Shown here one piece after another: positions 19,755 through 28,814 of a DNA stretch of 64,000 nucleotides. This DNA comes from a virus (taxonomy: Duplodnaviria; Caudoviricetes): IMG/VR virus record IMGVR_UViG_2912649904_000001, positions 1 to 64,000 of that record; one strand, written 5' to 3'. The first letter of the stretch is position 1; every line of letters begins with the position of its first letter. Made by a program: the position numbers and the translations under genes. Under the pieces are notes generated by a model. The model ran no database searches and had not been told where the DNA came from. It saw nothing but the letters and a program-made list of their open reading frames with translations.

Positions 19755-20132
19755 CTAGCGGCCTGCGCGTAGCGCCCGTCCCAGGAAGTCGTTCGGGCGG
19801 GTGCCGGGGTGGTGCACGACGGCAGCGAAGACCGTGCGCCCGCCTGCGTCGAACCGCAGCGCCTTCGCACGCCGAGGCCGGATGATGTGCGGCCGGGTGC
19901 CGTACAGCACGAACAGCGTCGCGGGGTGGTCGCAGACGATGACGCCTTCCAGGCCCCGGGCGCCGGGCTGCACCTTCCAGTCGATGTAGGAACCCATCCG
20001 GCCGGGGGCCTCGCGGCGGGCGATGTCGGCGACACGGCGGGTCCGGCGCGCGAGGATGCGTTCGGCGATGCCTCCCCGGGCGTTCAGGGCTCGGGCGAGG
20101 CGGCCCTGCTCGATGCGCATCTCGACGGTCAC
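19755..20132 (-). CDS. Head-tail / neck protein (HK97 gp10-like)
   Basis: VLYGTRPHII..VHHPGTRPNDFL. Confidence 0.75.
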   Translation of the reverse strand: MTVEMRIEQGRLARALNARGGIAERILARRTRRVADIARREAPGRMGSYIDWKVQPGARGLEGVIVCDHPATLFVLYGTRPHIIRPRRAKALRFDAGGRTVFAAVVHHPGTRPNDFLGRALRAGR

Positions 20133-20719
20133 ACCGACTCCTCACCGGGGCAGGGCGCGCAGCCGGGCAGCGCGACCAGGACGCGCTGCTCGATGCCGAC
20201 GCATCCGCCCTGCGGGCCGATCGTCTTCTGCTGGCTCATGACGAATTTCCGGCCCCGGCGCCGGCCGGGCTGGGTGCCGCGCAGGCAGCAGTACAGCCCG
20301 TTGTAGACGGTGACCGCGTCGACGTGCAGGACCCGCGCCGCCTGGTCCAGCTCGTCGCACGAGGGCGGGCATCCCTGCTCGTCCGGGGTCGGGGCGCAGC
20401 GCAGCAGCGTCACCGCCAGCTCGGCCGCGGTGGTCGTCGGCAGCGGGCAGTTCCGCATGCCCATCACGGTGCGGTCCTCGTTCGGGAACGGGTTCGTGGG
20501 GAACAGGCGGATCAGGTTCACAGAGAGCTGGCCGCCGTCGCCCTTGCCGTCGCACGGGTCGTCGCACGAGTCCCACGCCACGAGCCCGGGGACGACGCAC
20601 GCGCGGCACGGGCATCCGGGCTGCCCGTCGACCTGCTGCGCGGTGTCTTGCAGCGCGGCGCAGATGCAGCCGAGGATCGTCTCGGTCAGGTCGTGCACGT
20701 CCAGCGGGTTCAGCGGCAT
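20129..20719 (-). CDS. Tail terminator / neck protein
   Basis: Position; GPQGGCVG motif. Confidence 0.65.
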   Translation of the reverse strand: MPLNPLDVHDLTETILGCICAALQDTAQQVDGQPGCPCRACVVPGLVAWDSCDDPCDGKGDGGQLSVNLIRLFPTNPFPNEDRTVMGMRNCPLPTTTAAELAVTLLRCAPTPDEQGCPPSCDELDQAARVLHVDAVTVYNGLYCCLRGTQPGRRRGRKFVMSQQKTIGPQGGCVGIEQRVLVALPGCAPCPGEESV

Positions 20720-20735
20720 CAGCGGGGCCTCCTCG

Positions 20736-21563
20736 TCACGGCCAGGTCGTCACGCGAGGGCGCCGAAAGTCCGGCGAGTACACGCGACTTGCGGAGGCGA
20801 GCCGGCCGGGGTTCACGGCTGCGAGCCACGCGTCGGCCATGGGCAGCCCGGTGCGGCCCTCGCTGTAGATGACCGTCGGGTCGGCGAACTCCATCTCGAA
20901 GCCCTGCCGGTTCAGGCGGGAGACGTTCTTGTTGCCCTTGCAGCCACAGGAGCCGCCGCCGCAGCCCTTGATGTAGTGGCACGTCAGCTCGGAGACGGCG
21001 GCGATGGCGGCCTCGTCGAGCGGCAGCCCGGTCCGGTACGTCACCGTGAACGTCCCCGGGGTGCTGGGCGGCGCGGCCATGTCCTGGCAAGAGGGCCAGC
21101 ACTCGCCGTCGGTGCGTACGAGCATCCCCGGCGCGTCCACTCGGTAGCCGCCGATCACGTCGTTGTCGGGGTCGGGCCGGGCCAGTACCTCGCCGTCGAT
21201 GTCGACGCTGACGATGTCGTAGACGGGGCCGGGCAGGTACACCTCGCACAGTTCCCCGCACGAGCAGCCCGACGAGCAGCCGCACACGGACGCGTTGCGC
21301 CATTGCCCGTCGACGCCTTTGTACGGCACCCACGGCCCGTACGAGTTCCAGCGAATGCCGAAGGCGTAGTCGTCCAGGCATGACCGGCGGCACGGTCGCA
21401 CCGAGACGGGGCAGGAAGGTCCCCAGCGCATGCCGGACAGGCGCCACAGCATGATGGTGGCGACTTTCGTCCACCGTTCGATCACTTCTGTCTGGGTGTC
21501 GTCGGGCAGGTCGCAGCACGACAGGTCGACCGGCCAGGGGTCACACGGCGCAGTGGAGAGCAT
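20736..21563 (-). CDS. Head-to-tail adaptor
   Basis: LWRLSG..C..VRPC; RTGLPMADAWLAAVNP. Confidence 0.7.
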   Translation of the reverse strand: MLSTAPCDPWPVDLSCCDLPDDTQTEVIERWTKVATIMLWRLSGMRWGPSCPVSVRPCRRSCLDDYAFGIRWNSYGPWVPYKGVDGQWRNASVCGCSSGCSCGELCEVYLPGPVYDIVSVDIDGEVLARPDPDNDVIGGYRVDAPGMLVRTDGECWPSCQDMAAPPSTPGTFTVTYRTGLPLDEAAIAAVSELTCHYIKGCGGGSCGCKGNKNVSRLNRQGFEMEFADPTVIYSEGRTGLPMADAWLAAVNPGRLASASRVYSPDFRRPRVTTWP

Positions 21564-22276
21564 CAGCGGCCTCCGGCTTCGTACCGGCAGGCCCGGGGGA
21601 ACGAGCGGCGGATGTGGGCGCCGACGTAGCCGTGCGCAAAGGTGTCGGGCATGGTCGACAGGAACGCCGACTCTTGGTCGAAGCGGGGGCTGCGGTTGAG
21701 CATCTTCACGTCGCGGATCTCGTCCCCGCCGAGCCCGGCGAGGTTGCCGTACAGGGTCCGCTTGTGCACGACGGTCAAGTGCCGACCGACGTCGAGGGCC
21801 TTGAGCATCTGGTCCTTCGCGACCGGCAGCGGCACATGCAGCTCGTACGACATCGGGTTCTCGTGCCCCAGGGAGACCAGCAGGTCGCGGGTCTCCCGTA
21901 GTCCGGCCAAGTACCGGCCCGATGCGCGGCTCGCGTAGTACGCCTCCACGCGGGATACCGGCCCTCGGTGCAGCACTGGCATCCCGTCAGGCTGCGGCGT
22001 CATGACGAAGAAGTCGTCGTTGCACAGTAGGAACACATCGGAGACGTCACCCGACGAGCAGGCGGCGCGCACCGCCGCCGTGGTGTTCTGGTACTTCGTG
22101 CCGTTCTGCCGGGTCGGGATGTGCTTCACCCCGCGAACCCACGTCGGCTTGTGGCCGACGATCCACACGTGCCGATGCGGGAGATTTGCCGCCCAGGATC
22201 GCAGCGCGAACCGCAACTGCTCGTTGGTGGCGCCGACCCGCACCGGCACGACGATGTCGACCTCGGGTGTGGTCAT
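21563..22276 (-). CDS. Stealth-like sugar-phosphate transferase
   Basis: DIVVP, EQLRFALRS..HVWIVGHKPTW, FLLCNDDFF resemble Stealth conserved regions. Confidence 0.7.
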   Translation of the reverse strand: MTTPEVDIVVPVRVGATNEQLRFALRSWAANLPHRHVWIVGHKPTWVRGVKHIPTRQNGTKYQNTTAAVRAACSSGDVSDVFLLCNDDFFVMTPQPDGMPVLHRGPVSRVEAYYASRASGRYLAGLRETRDLLVSLGHENPMSYELHVPLPVAKDQMLKALDVGRHLTVVHKRTLYGNLAGLGGDEIRDVKMLNRSPRFDQESAFLSTMPDTFAHGYVGAHIRRSFPRACRYEAGGR

Positions 22277-22283
22277 GGCCGGC

Positions 22284-22985
22284 TCAGGACGGAGAGGCGT
22301 CGCACAGGACCGGCGTGTACTCGCACACCGGCTCAGGCGGGGCCACGGTCGTTACGAATGTCCGCCGGTGGCACGCCCCTCCGAGTGGCGTGAGCAGCGG
22401 CCCGGGCGTGCCGGCCGCGTCGATCGGCATGATGTCGTACGGGCCAGTTCCCCAGCCGCCCCCGGCCCGCGTGGCACCGTTCAGGACGAGGGACACGGCC
22501 TCGTTGCCAACCTCCAGGTCTCCGAGCTGACCGTTGGTTACCCACGGCATCAGGAAGTAGATCCAGGCGCCGTCACCGGCCGCGTCCGGATCGCACACAT
22601 CCTCGCCGAGGACTTCGGCCCACAGCTCCAGCGCGAAGCCCGAGTTGCACTGGACCGAGCAGTCGTCGTAGCCGATCGGCTTCCCGTCGTAGCCGTACAC
22701 CACGGGGTTGCCCGTCGTGATCTCCACGAACTCGGGGCTGACGGAGAAGAAGTTCAGCTCGATGTCGTAGCCGTTGAACGTGGGGCAGCCGCGCTTGAAT
22801 CCGCACTGGCGGCCGTTCGCCGCGGTGTACGCGACGTCTTCGCCTTCCTCGACGTTCGCGTTCATCGAGAGGGTGGCGAAGCAGTCGAAGGTGAAGCCGT
22901 TGTCTTCGCCGCAGACGGGTCGACCGCATCGGTCCACGCGGGTCACACGGATCACGTCCGCGTTAGCGATCAAGGGGCAGGGCAT
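22284..22985 (-). CDS. Major tail (tube) protein
   Basis: IRVTRVDRCGRP, GFALELW, YFLMPWV; GGAGG RBS. Confidence 0.75.
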   Translation of the reverse strand: MPCPLIANADVIRVTRVDRCGRPVCGEDNGFTFDCFATLSMNANVEEGEDVAYTAANGRQCGFKRGCPTFNGYDIELNFFSVSPEFVEITTGNPVVYGYDGKPIGYDDCSVQCNSGFALELWAEVLGEDVCDPDAAGDGAWIYFLMPWVTNGQLGDLEVGNEAVSLVLNGATRAGGGWGTGPYDIMPIDAAGTPGPLLTPLGGACHRRTFVTTVAPPEPVCEYTPVLCDASPS

Positions 22986-23009
22986 CCCGGGCCTCCAACA
23001 CACGTGTCG

Positions 23010-23045
23010 GCCCGGCCCACAACCAGCGGCTACACCAGAAGTGTA
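23010..23045 (-). promoter_or_regulatory. Late-gene leader motif with TACACT -10
   Basis: Motif 23010-23030, agtgta 23040-23045. Confidence 0.7.
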
Positions 23046-23133
23046 TCCGCGCGCACTCCGCATCGGACGACGCCGGAAGGACGGGGTTACCGACCGGTTC
23101 GCCTCGGACCGGGCAGCGTTGTGGTCGAGGACG

Positions 23134-25143
23134 TCAACGGGCGCAGGTGGTGCTCAAAATGTCGCGCACGGCGTCCATCCAGACAGCCATTTCTGTACGG
23201 GACTCCGCGGCAAGGGCCCTGCTCCGGGCGCGCGCTGCGGCGCTAGCCTGCGCGCGCTGGCTGCCGTCCGGATATAGCTCGCGGATTGCGTCCGCCCACA
23301 GGGCCGTGTCGGCACGGTCGATGAACCGCGCCGCGTCCCCGAGGGCTTCACGGAGCCCGGGGGTGGGGTGGGCGATGACGGGGATTCCGGACGCAAGGGC
23401 CTCCACTGCGGCCATGCCGAAACTCTCGTAGATGCTCGGCACGAGCAGGACGCGGGTGCGGGCCCAGACGTCGCGCCGCATGTCGGACGTCTGCGGGATG
23501 ATCCGCGTGTTTCTCCGTACGGGGCGGAGGACTTGCGGACCGTGGGCGCCGGTCACTCCCAGAAACGGCAGATGAGGCAGCGCCCGGGCGGCGGCACGCC
23601 AGGTGTCCACGCCCTTGTCCCTGTTCAGGTTGACGAGCGCCACATGATCACCGGCCCGGTGCGTGCGGTGCTCTGCGGGCACAACAGGGGGGTGTACGAC
23701 GAGAGAGCGCACGCGGTCGATCTGCGGGTACCGGGCAGTGAGGGACGCCTGCACCCAATGCGTGTTGTAGACGCACAAGTCAGGGCCAGCCAGCAGGGGT
23801 TCAGCGACCAGGTCGAAGTCGCTGTGGGCGAGGAGCACTGACCGGGAGCCGATGTCGCGGGCCAGGTGGACCGCGCGGGTCGCGTAGTCGTGGTGGGAGA
23901 CGACCAGGTGCGGGCGAGCCGAGCGGATGAACGCTTCAGCGGTCTGCGCACCGACGCTGGCGTACGGCACCCCATCCGTGTGCCACGAGGGGGGCGCCTC
24001 GGGCATCGCCGAGCACAGCACCCGTACGGGCACACCGGCGTCGTGGAGTGTCCGCATCATCGTGTGCAGCATCGTCTCCGATCCGGCCCGCCGGTACGGC
24101 ACGCCGAAGTGCACCCACGCCACAACGTCCGGCTGTCTGGGCGTCGTACTCGCGGGTGCCGGACGTGCGGGTGCCGCCGTGGAGTGCCGGACCGCTGTTG
24201 TGGACCGCTTCGCGGGCTGCTGGAGGAGACGGCGGCAGGCCCGTTCGAACGCGGCCAGGCGGGCGGCTGGGTCGAGGTCGTTGGTGTGTTCGCGGGCGCG
24301 CGCTGCGGCGGCGGTGTAGGCGTCGGGCGCGTCGAGACGCTGGATCTCCTCCGCCCAGCGGCTGGTGTCGTCGCGGTCGACGTAGGTGGCCGCGGTGCCG
24401 AGCGCTTCGCGGATACCGGGGAGGGGCGCAGCGATGACCGGGATGCCCGACAGCATTGCTTCGACGCCGACTCGGCCCCATGACTCTGTCTGCGACGGCA
24501 TCAGCAGCAGCCGCGTTCGGGCGTAGAGCGAGCGGGGGTCCGTACGGTCGATGACGTTGACGTTGTCCGGGAGCAGTACTCCCTCGTGCCAGGGGGTGCG
24601 CACGGCGAGGAACTGCCGGTCGGGCATCCGCTCGGCGACCGCAGCGACGACGTCGGCACCCTTCGCCGCGGTTGTGCCGTTGACCGTGATGAGGCGGCCG
24701 GGCTGGGTGCGGTACCGGGCCGGAGTGATCGGAGGCGGCAGTACGAGCGGCCGGACACCGATGTCGGGGTAGTGGTCGCGGCAGGCTTGTGAGGGGAACC
24801 AGGCCGTCGACGGCCTGCCGAGGTCGCGGTCGTCCGACAGGCCGTGCACCATCAGCAGGTGCGGTACGCCCGGCGTTTGGGCGACGATCCGTGCGCCCCT
24901 TCGGTCCCCGTGGTGGGAGATAAGCACCTGCGGGGCTGATACTCGTGCGGCATGCCGCCACCGCCGCAGAGGCCATACCCGTACTCCGGCCTCGGTGTAA
25001 GGCTCCCAGTTGTCCTTCGACGTGGTCACCACGTCCACGATGTGACCGGCGGCGGCGAGTCCGAGTGCGTACTCGCGGGTGGTGATGAACGCGCCTGCGG
25101 CCGGTAGCGGGCTCCAGGAGGGCAGGAGTACCAGCACCCGCAT
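23134..25143 (-). CDS. Tandem two-domain GT4 glycosyltransferase
   Basis: Two EX7E motifs: ESWGRVGVEAMLSGIPVI and ESFGMAAVEALASGIPVI. Confidence 0.9.
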   Translation of the reverse strand: MRVLVLLPSWSPLPAAGAFITTREYALGLAAAGHIVDVVTTSKDNWEPYTEAGVRVWPLRRWRHAARVSAPQVLISHHGDRRGARIVAQTPGVPHLLMVHGLSDDRDLGRPSTAWFPSQACRDHYPDIGVRPLVLPPPITPARYRTQPGRLITVNGTTAAKGADVVAAVAERMPDRQFLAVRTPWHEGVLLPDNVNVIDRTDPRSLYARTRLLLMPSQTESWGRVGVEAMLSGIPVIAAPLPGIREALGTAATYVDRDDTSRWAEEIQRLDAPDAYTAAAARAREHTNDLDPAARLAAFERACRRLLQQPAKRSTTAVRHSTAAPARPAPASTTPRQPDVVAWVHFGVPYRRAGSETMLHTMMRTLHDAGVPVRVLCSAMPEAPPSWHTDGVPYASVGAQTAEAFIRSARPHLVVSHHDYATRAVHLARDIGSRSVLLAHSDFDLVAEPLLAGPDLCVYNTHWVQASLTARYPQIDRVRSLVVHPPVVPAEHRTHRAGDHVALVNLNRDKGVDTWRAAARALPHLPFLGVTGAHGPQVLRPVRRNTRIIPQTSDMRRDVWARTRVLLVPSIYESFGMAAVEALASGIPVIAHPTPGLREALGDAARFIDRADTALWADAIRELYPDGSQRAQASAAARARSRALAAESRTEMAVWMDAVRDILSTTCAR

Positions 25144-25343
25144 GCGGTGGGTTCGGCGCCGCAGAGTCTGACGGTCGTTCATCACCTGTCCATTGGGGGG
25201 TGTACGGGGCCGTCTGCGGCCCGGCCCTCGGAAACCAGGCCGCAGACGGGGACAAGGGGCCGCTACGTCGTCGTGCTGTGGGTTGACGTCTGGGGCGGCG
25301 TACAGGATGCCGATCGCGCGACCGGAGCTACACGGGGTGGTGG

Positions 25344-25847
25344 TCAGCCCTCCGAGTGCTTCTGTCGATGGTGGGTGTTACGGCCCCGCTTGGTGGCGAA
25401 CCGGCGGCTGCATCGGTCGCAGGGAAAGCCGCTGCCCTGGGTGGGTAGAGGTGCCGGCCTTGGGCTGGGCAGAGCGGCGATAACGTCGGACGGCGGCTCG
25501 GTGGGCAGCGGCGCCGGGGCAGCGCATCCGGCGGGTGCAGCGATGACGTGGGGTGGCTCCGGTTCGGCCGTGTGCTGTTCGGCTGCGTGCTCGGCCAGGC
25601 CCTCGGCGGTGGCCACGCCGAGCAGGTCGGAGGGCGGTGGAGCACCGGCGGCGTCGTCCTCGCTCACTGGCCTGTATCGGTAGCCGTCGACCTCGGCGCC
25701 GATGAGTACGGATTCGGGCATGTCGGGGAACAGGCGGGCGGGGACCGCGAAGGTGTTGGGCCCGGCCGTGCGGACCTTCGGGCTCTGGGCGACCGCCCAC
25801 GCCGCGAGCGGCTGCCGCTGCTCGGGCGCAGGGCGCACGTGAATCAT
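25344..25847 (-). CDS. Head-region protein with C-terminal C2H2 zinc finger
   Basis: FPCDRCSRRFATKRGRNTHHRQKH. Confidence 0.7.
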   Translation of the reverse strand: MIHVRPAPEQRQPLAAWAVAQSPKVRTAGPNTFAVPARLFPDMPESVLIGAEVDGYRYRPVSEDDAAGAPPPSDLLGVATAEGLAEHAAEQHTAEPEPPHVIAAPAGCAAPAPLPTEPPSDVIAALPSPRPAPLPTQGSGFPCDRCSRRFATKRGRNTHHRQKHSEG

Positions 25848-25862
25848 CTCGGCAAGCTCTCC

Positions 25863-26726
25863 TCAGCGGATCTGGACGTTGACCGCGCACACGGTGCACG
25901 TCGTACCGACGACGAAGGTGCGCTCGATCAGCACGCGGCGGTCGTTCGTGCGGATGTTCACGGACGGGCCGGGCCGGTCGGGGGTAGTCACGGACGGGCC
26001 GCGGCGGATGACGAGCGGGCCGGTGATGTAGAGCCAAGCCGTACCTGGGTCGGCGGGGGTTCCGCCGGGCCCGGTGTTCTCCGCCGAGTAACCGGCGCCG
26101 ATCACCACGCAGTTGCCAGCCAGCGTGCTCAGTGCGCCCGTCGCCGGGTTCTCAAGCGCGAGGTCGCAACAGCCGAGCAAGGCGGCGGCCGAGGCCGGGA
26201 TGTGGATGACGCCGACACCGCCGTACGACTCCGCGAGGCAGCCCTCCAGCGCGGCGACGCCCTGAGAGACGGTCAGCGGCCCGCCGTCGGGTGTGAGGTC
26301 GATGGCGTAGCGGGTCAGCTTCCTCCGCCAGAACGCGGCCTCAAGCGCCTTCTGTTCACCGAGGGCAAGAGTCGCTTCGGCGTGTTCGCGGGCCTCTTCG
26401 TACGACCAGCCGATCGTCGAGCACTCGGCACCCGCGTACAGCGTGATCGGCTCGGCGTACTCGGTCTCGGGGCGGCAGAACTGCTTGGAGCCCGGAGACT
26501 CGTCCCCCGGCGATTCATCGCCTGGTGACTCGTCTCCTGGCGACTCGTCCAGGCACGGGTCCGTCCAGGACCGGACGGGGCAGCAGCCGAGCGCCAGCCA
26601 CTCGACCCCGAGCAGCTCGTGCTCGTCAGCGACGTCACGCACGTCCGTACACGGGGTGGTGAGGATGCCGTGTGGCAAGGGCGTCCCGTCGATCGCTTCG
26701 ACCTGCTTCCGCAGTCCTGCGGCCAC
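25863..26726 (-). CDS. Second capsid protein (pentamer-type), with (DESPG)4 insert
   Basis: Follows the major capsid; LEGCLAESYGGVGVIH, TND..VLIERT; AAGGAG RBS. Confidence 0.7.
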   Translation of the reverse strand: MAAGLRKQVEAIDGTPLPHGILTTPCTDVRDVADEHELLGVEWLALGCCPVRSWTDPCLDESPGDESPGDESPGDESPGSKQFCRPETEYAEPITLYAGAECSTIGWSYEEAREHAEATLALGEQKALEAAFWRRKLTRYAIDLTPDGGPLTVSQGVAALEGCLAESYGGVGVIHIPASAAALLGCCDLALENPATGALSTLAGNCVVIGAGYSAENTGPGGTPADPGTAWLYITGPLVIRRGPSVTTPDRPGPSVNIRTNDRRVLIERTFVVGTTCTVCAVNVQIR

Positions 26727-26749
26727 GTGCTCAGCTCCTTCGGTATGGG

Positions 26750-26787
26750 GCGGTGGGCCGGCGCCACCCGAAGCACCGGCCCACCGC
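26750..26787 (-). terminator. Strong hairpin between the two capsid genes
   Basis: GCGGTGGGCCGG..CCGGCCCACCGC inverted repeat. Confidence 0.6.
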
Positions 26788-26804
26788 GGTCTGGGTGCTG
26801 GACG

Positions 26805-28439
26805 TCAGGAGGCGTCGCAGACCATGAGCGACTGTGCTCCGGTCTCACCGGTCGGGCAGACGGGCACGGTGACGGCGCGGGTGTCCACTGAGCGATCCAC
26901 GAGGGCGACGCATTCCTCTGCGAAAAGTGCGGTGTAGTCGTTCGTGGAGAACTTCGTGCTGTCGTGGACGACGCCGAGGTTGACCTCTTCGCCACGGCCG
27001 ATCTGGAGCTGACCGGAGGGGTACATGAGGAACGTGACCTCGTCCGGCCATTCCACAGCGGCGGCCGGCCCGCCGATGTCGGCGGGGACGGCCGGGGTGA
27101 GGCCGCGGGCCCACTGCACCATCACGCCGAGCGGCGTGAACATGTCCTGCACCATCTGCGGATCGACCTGATCGGTCGTCACGCCGTTGCGGCGTGCGAG
27201 GTCGGCCAGGAAGAGGTTCCGGGACCACCACGGGAACACGACCTCGATGGCCGTGCTCTCGCACAGGCTGTGACGCTCGATCATGTCGGCGGCCTGGAGG
27301 GCGACCGCTGCGTACACGGCGGACAGGGCGCCCATCGTCGGCGGGAGGGCGACGGGCGTTGCGCCGGCGAGCGCCTGCTGGAACAGGGCCTGCCTGATCC
27401 TGATCTCGTGCGCGACCATGGTGTTCCTGAGGTACCAGGCGACCAGCTCCGGGAAGTGGCGCTGCGTCAGGATGCCCGCCTCAAGGCACACGCCGACGGC
27501 GTCACATCGGACCTCGACCGGGTCCGGGCAAGGGATCTTGAAGCAGGGCTTCGTCGCGCCGGAGATGTCGTCGGCTTCAGTGTGGATCCACGTCATCGAG
27601 GCGACGTCGAGGCTCGGGGTCTTGTAGTAGCGCAGTCCACCACGGGCGAGCTGGATCTCGGGGGCGTCCCACAGCATGTCAGGGCACGCCACATCGAGCA
27701 GGTCGTAAACCGTCTCGGAGGGCGCGCACCAGCCGCCGGACGCGATGAGGTCCTGCTGCGGCAGTCGCCGCTGGTTCGCCGCCTGGATGGCCACGGTGGT
27801 GCCCTCCGGCGCGCTGCTGGAGTCCGTGACGATCAAGTCGTGGGTGTACGGGTGCCGGTAGGAGATGACCTGCCCGACGCCTCCACCGGCGGTCTTGAGC
27901 GCGTTGGCGCGAGAGATGATCCCGGCGGTGATGTCGCCGAAGTCGAGCGCGGCGCCCGGAGTGTAGCCGGGCACGTCGACCGCCGCGGTGATGCTGGTGG
28001 TCGGCGCGGGGGGTTCGGGCAGTACGCGCGGCTGGCGGCGCCGCACACCGGACAGGTTCAGGGCCGGCCGCTGCGCGATGGCGGCGCTGACCGTCTTCAC
28101 CTGCTCCGGCTCGGGCTCCGGCTCGGCCGCCGCGGTGGCGGTGTCGTCGGCGGGCTCCTCGTCGGCGGGCTCCTCGGGCTGAGCATCGCCGCCCCTCACC
28201 TGCGCGGCGAGCGAGTCGATCTCCGCAGCGGCCTTCTCGGCCGCCTTTCGGCGTGCGGCCTGCTCGGTGCGGATACCGTCGACCGTCGTGGCGAGGGACC
28301 GAAGGGACTCAAGGTCCTTGGTCGTGACGCTGGTGGACTGCGACTTGGCGTCGAACGCTGCCACGGCGCCCTCAAGCGCTTCGTTCAGCTCGTCGTCCGA
28401 CAGTGCGGTGACGTCTTCGGGGATCTCGAACTCAGCCAT
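26805..28439 (-). CDS. Major capsid protein (hexamer-type, N-terminal scaffold-like region)
   Basis: ASGGWCAPSETVYD motif, acidic coiled-coil N-terminus, TNDYTALFAEE. Confidence 0.88.
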   Translation of the reverse strand: MAEFEIPEDVTALSDDELNEALEGAVAAFDAKSQSTSVTTKDLESLRSLATTVDGIRTEQAARRKAAEKAAAEIDSLAAQVRGGDAQPEEPADEEPADDTATAAAEPEPEPEQVKTVSAAIAQRPALNLSGVRRRQPRVLPEPPAPTTSITAAVDVPGYTPGAALDFGDITAGIISRANALKTAGGGVGQVISYRHPYTHDLIVTDSSSAPEGTTVAIQAANQRRLPQQDLIASGGWCAPSETVYDLLDVACPDMLWDAPEIQLARGGLRYYKTPSLDVASMTWIHTEADDISGATKPCFKIPCPDPVEVRCDAVGVCLEAGILTQRHFPELVAWYLRNTMVAHEIRIRQALFQQALAGATPVALPPTMGALSAVYAAVALQAADMIERHSLCESTAIEVVFPWWSRNLFLADLARRNGVTTDQVDPQMVQDMFTPLGVMVQWARGLTPAVPADIGGPAAAVEWPDEVTFLMYPSGQLQIGRGEEVNLGVVHDSTKFSTNDYTALFAEECVALVDRSVDTRAVTVPVCPTGETGAQSLMVCDAS

Positions 28440-28472
28440 GAAAGCCGGGCCTCCGGTGTCGCTTCGTGGAGT

Positions 28473-28542
28473 GCCCGGCCCAGAACCAGCGGCTTTGCGG
28501 GGCGGCCCGGCAATGGCCGGACGGCCGCCCCGCATCAGTTTA
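28473..28542 (-). promoter_or_regulatory. Late-gene leader motif with inserted hairpin and TAAACT -10
   Basis: GCCCGGCCCAGAACCAGC 28473-28490; stem 28496-28534; agttta 28537-28542. Confidence 0.65.
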
Positions 28543-28586
28543 GCCCGAACCGTTCACGCTGCTCGGGCATGTGTCAAGCCGCGCTG

Positions 28587-28814
28587 TCAGGCGCGGTTGA
28601 CGGTCTTCGTCGTCGTGCTCGTCGTCCTGGCGGTGGTGTTCGCCGAGGCGCTGGTGGTGCTGTCGCCCGGCTTGGCCTTCGGCCTCACGGACGAGCCTTT
28701 GTAGCGCTTCGATACTGCGTTCGCGGTCGGCTGTGACCCGGAAGTGAACACGACCTTCCCGGCCTCGGTGACAACCTCGAACTGTTCGCGCTTCCCCTTG
28801 CAGGCACAGGGCAT
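28587..28814 (-). CDS. Small basic head-region protein (MPCACK..)
   Basis: Start overlaps the upstream stop; AAGGAG RBS. Confidence 0.7.
   Translation of the reverse strand: MPCACKGKREQFEVVTEAGKVVFTSGSQPTANAVSKRYKGSSVRPKAKPGDSTTSASANTTARTTSTTTKTVNRA

Noticed and set aside
7982-28490. Leader motif as a CRISPR repeat
   Set aside because: Copies are kilobases apart, tied to gene starts, and no cas genes are present.
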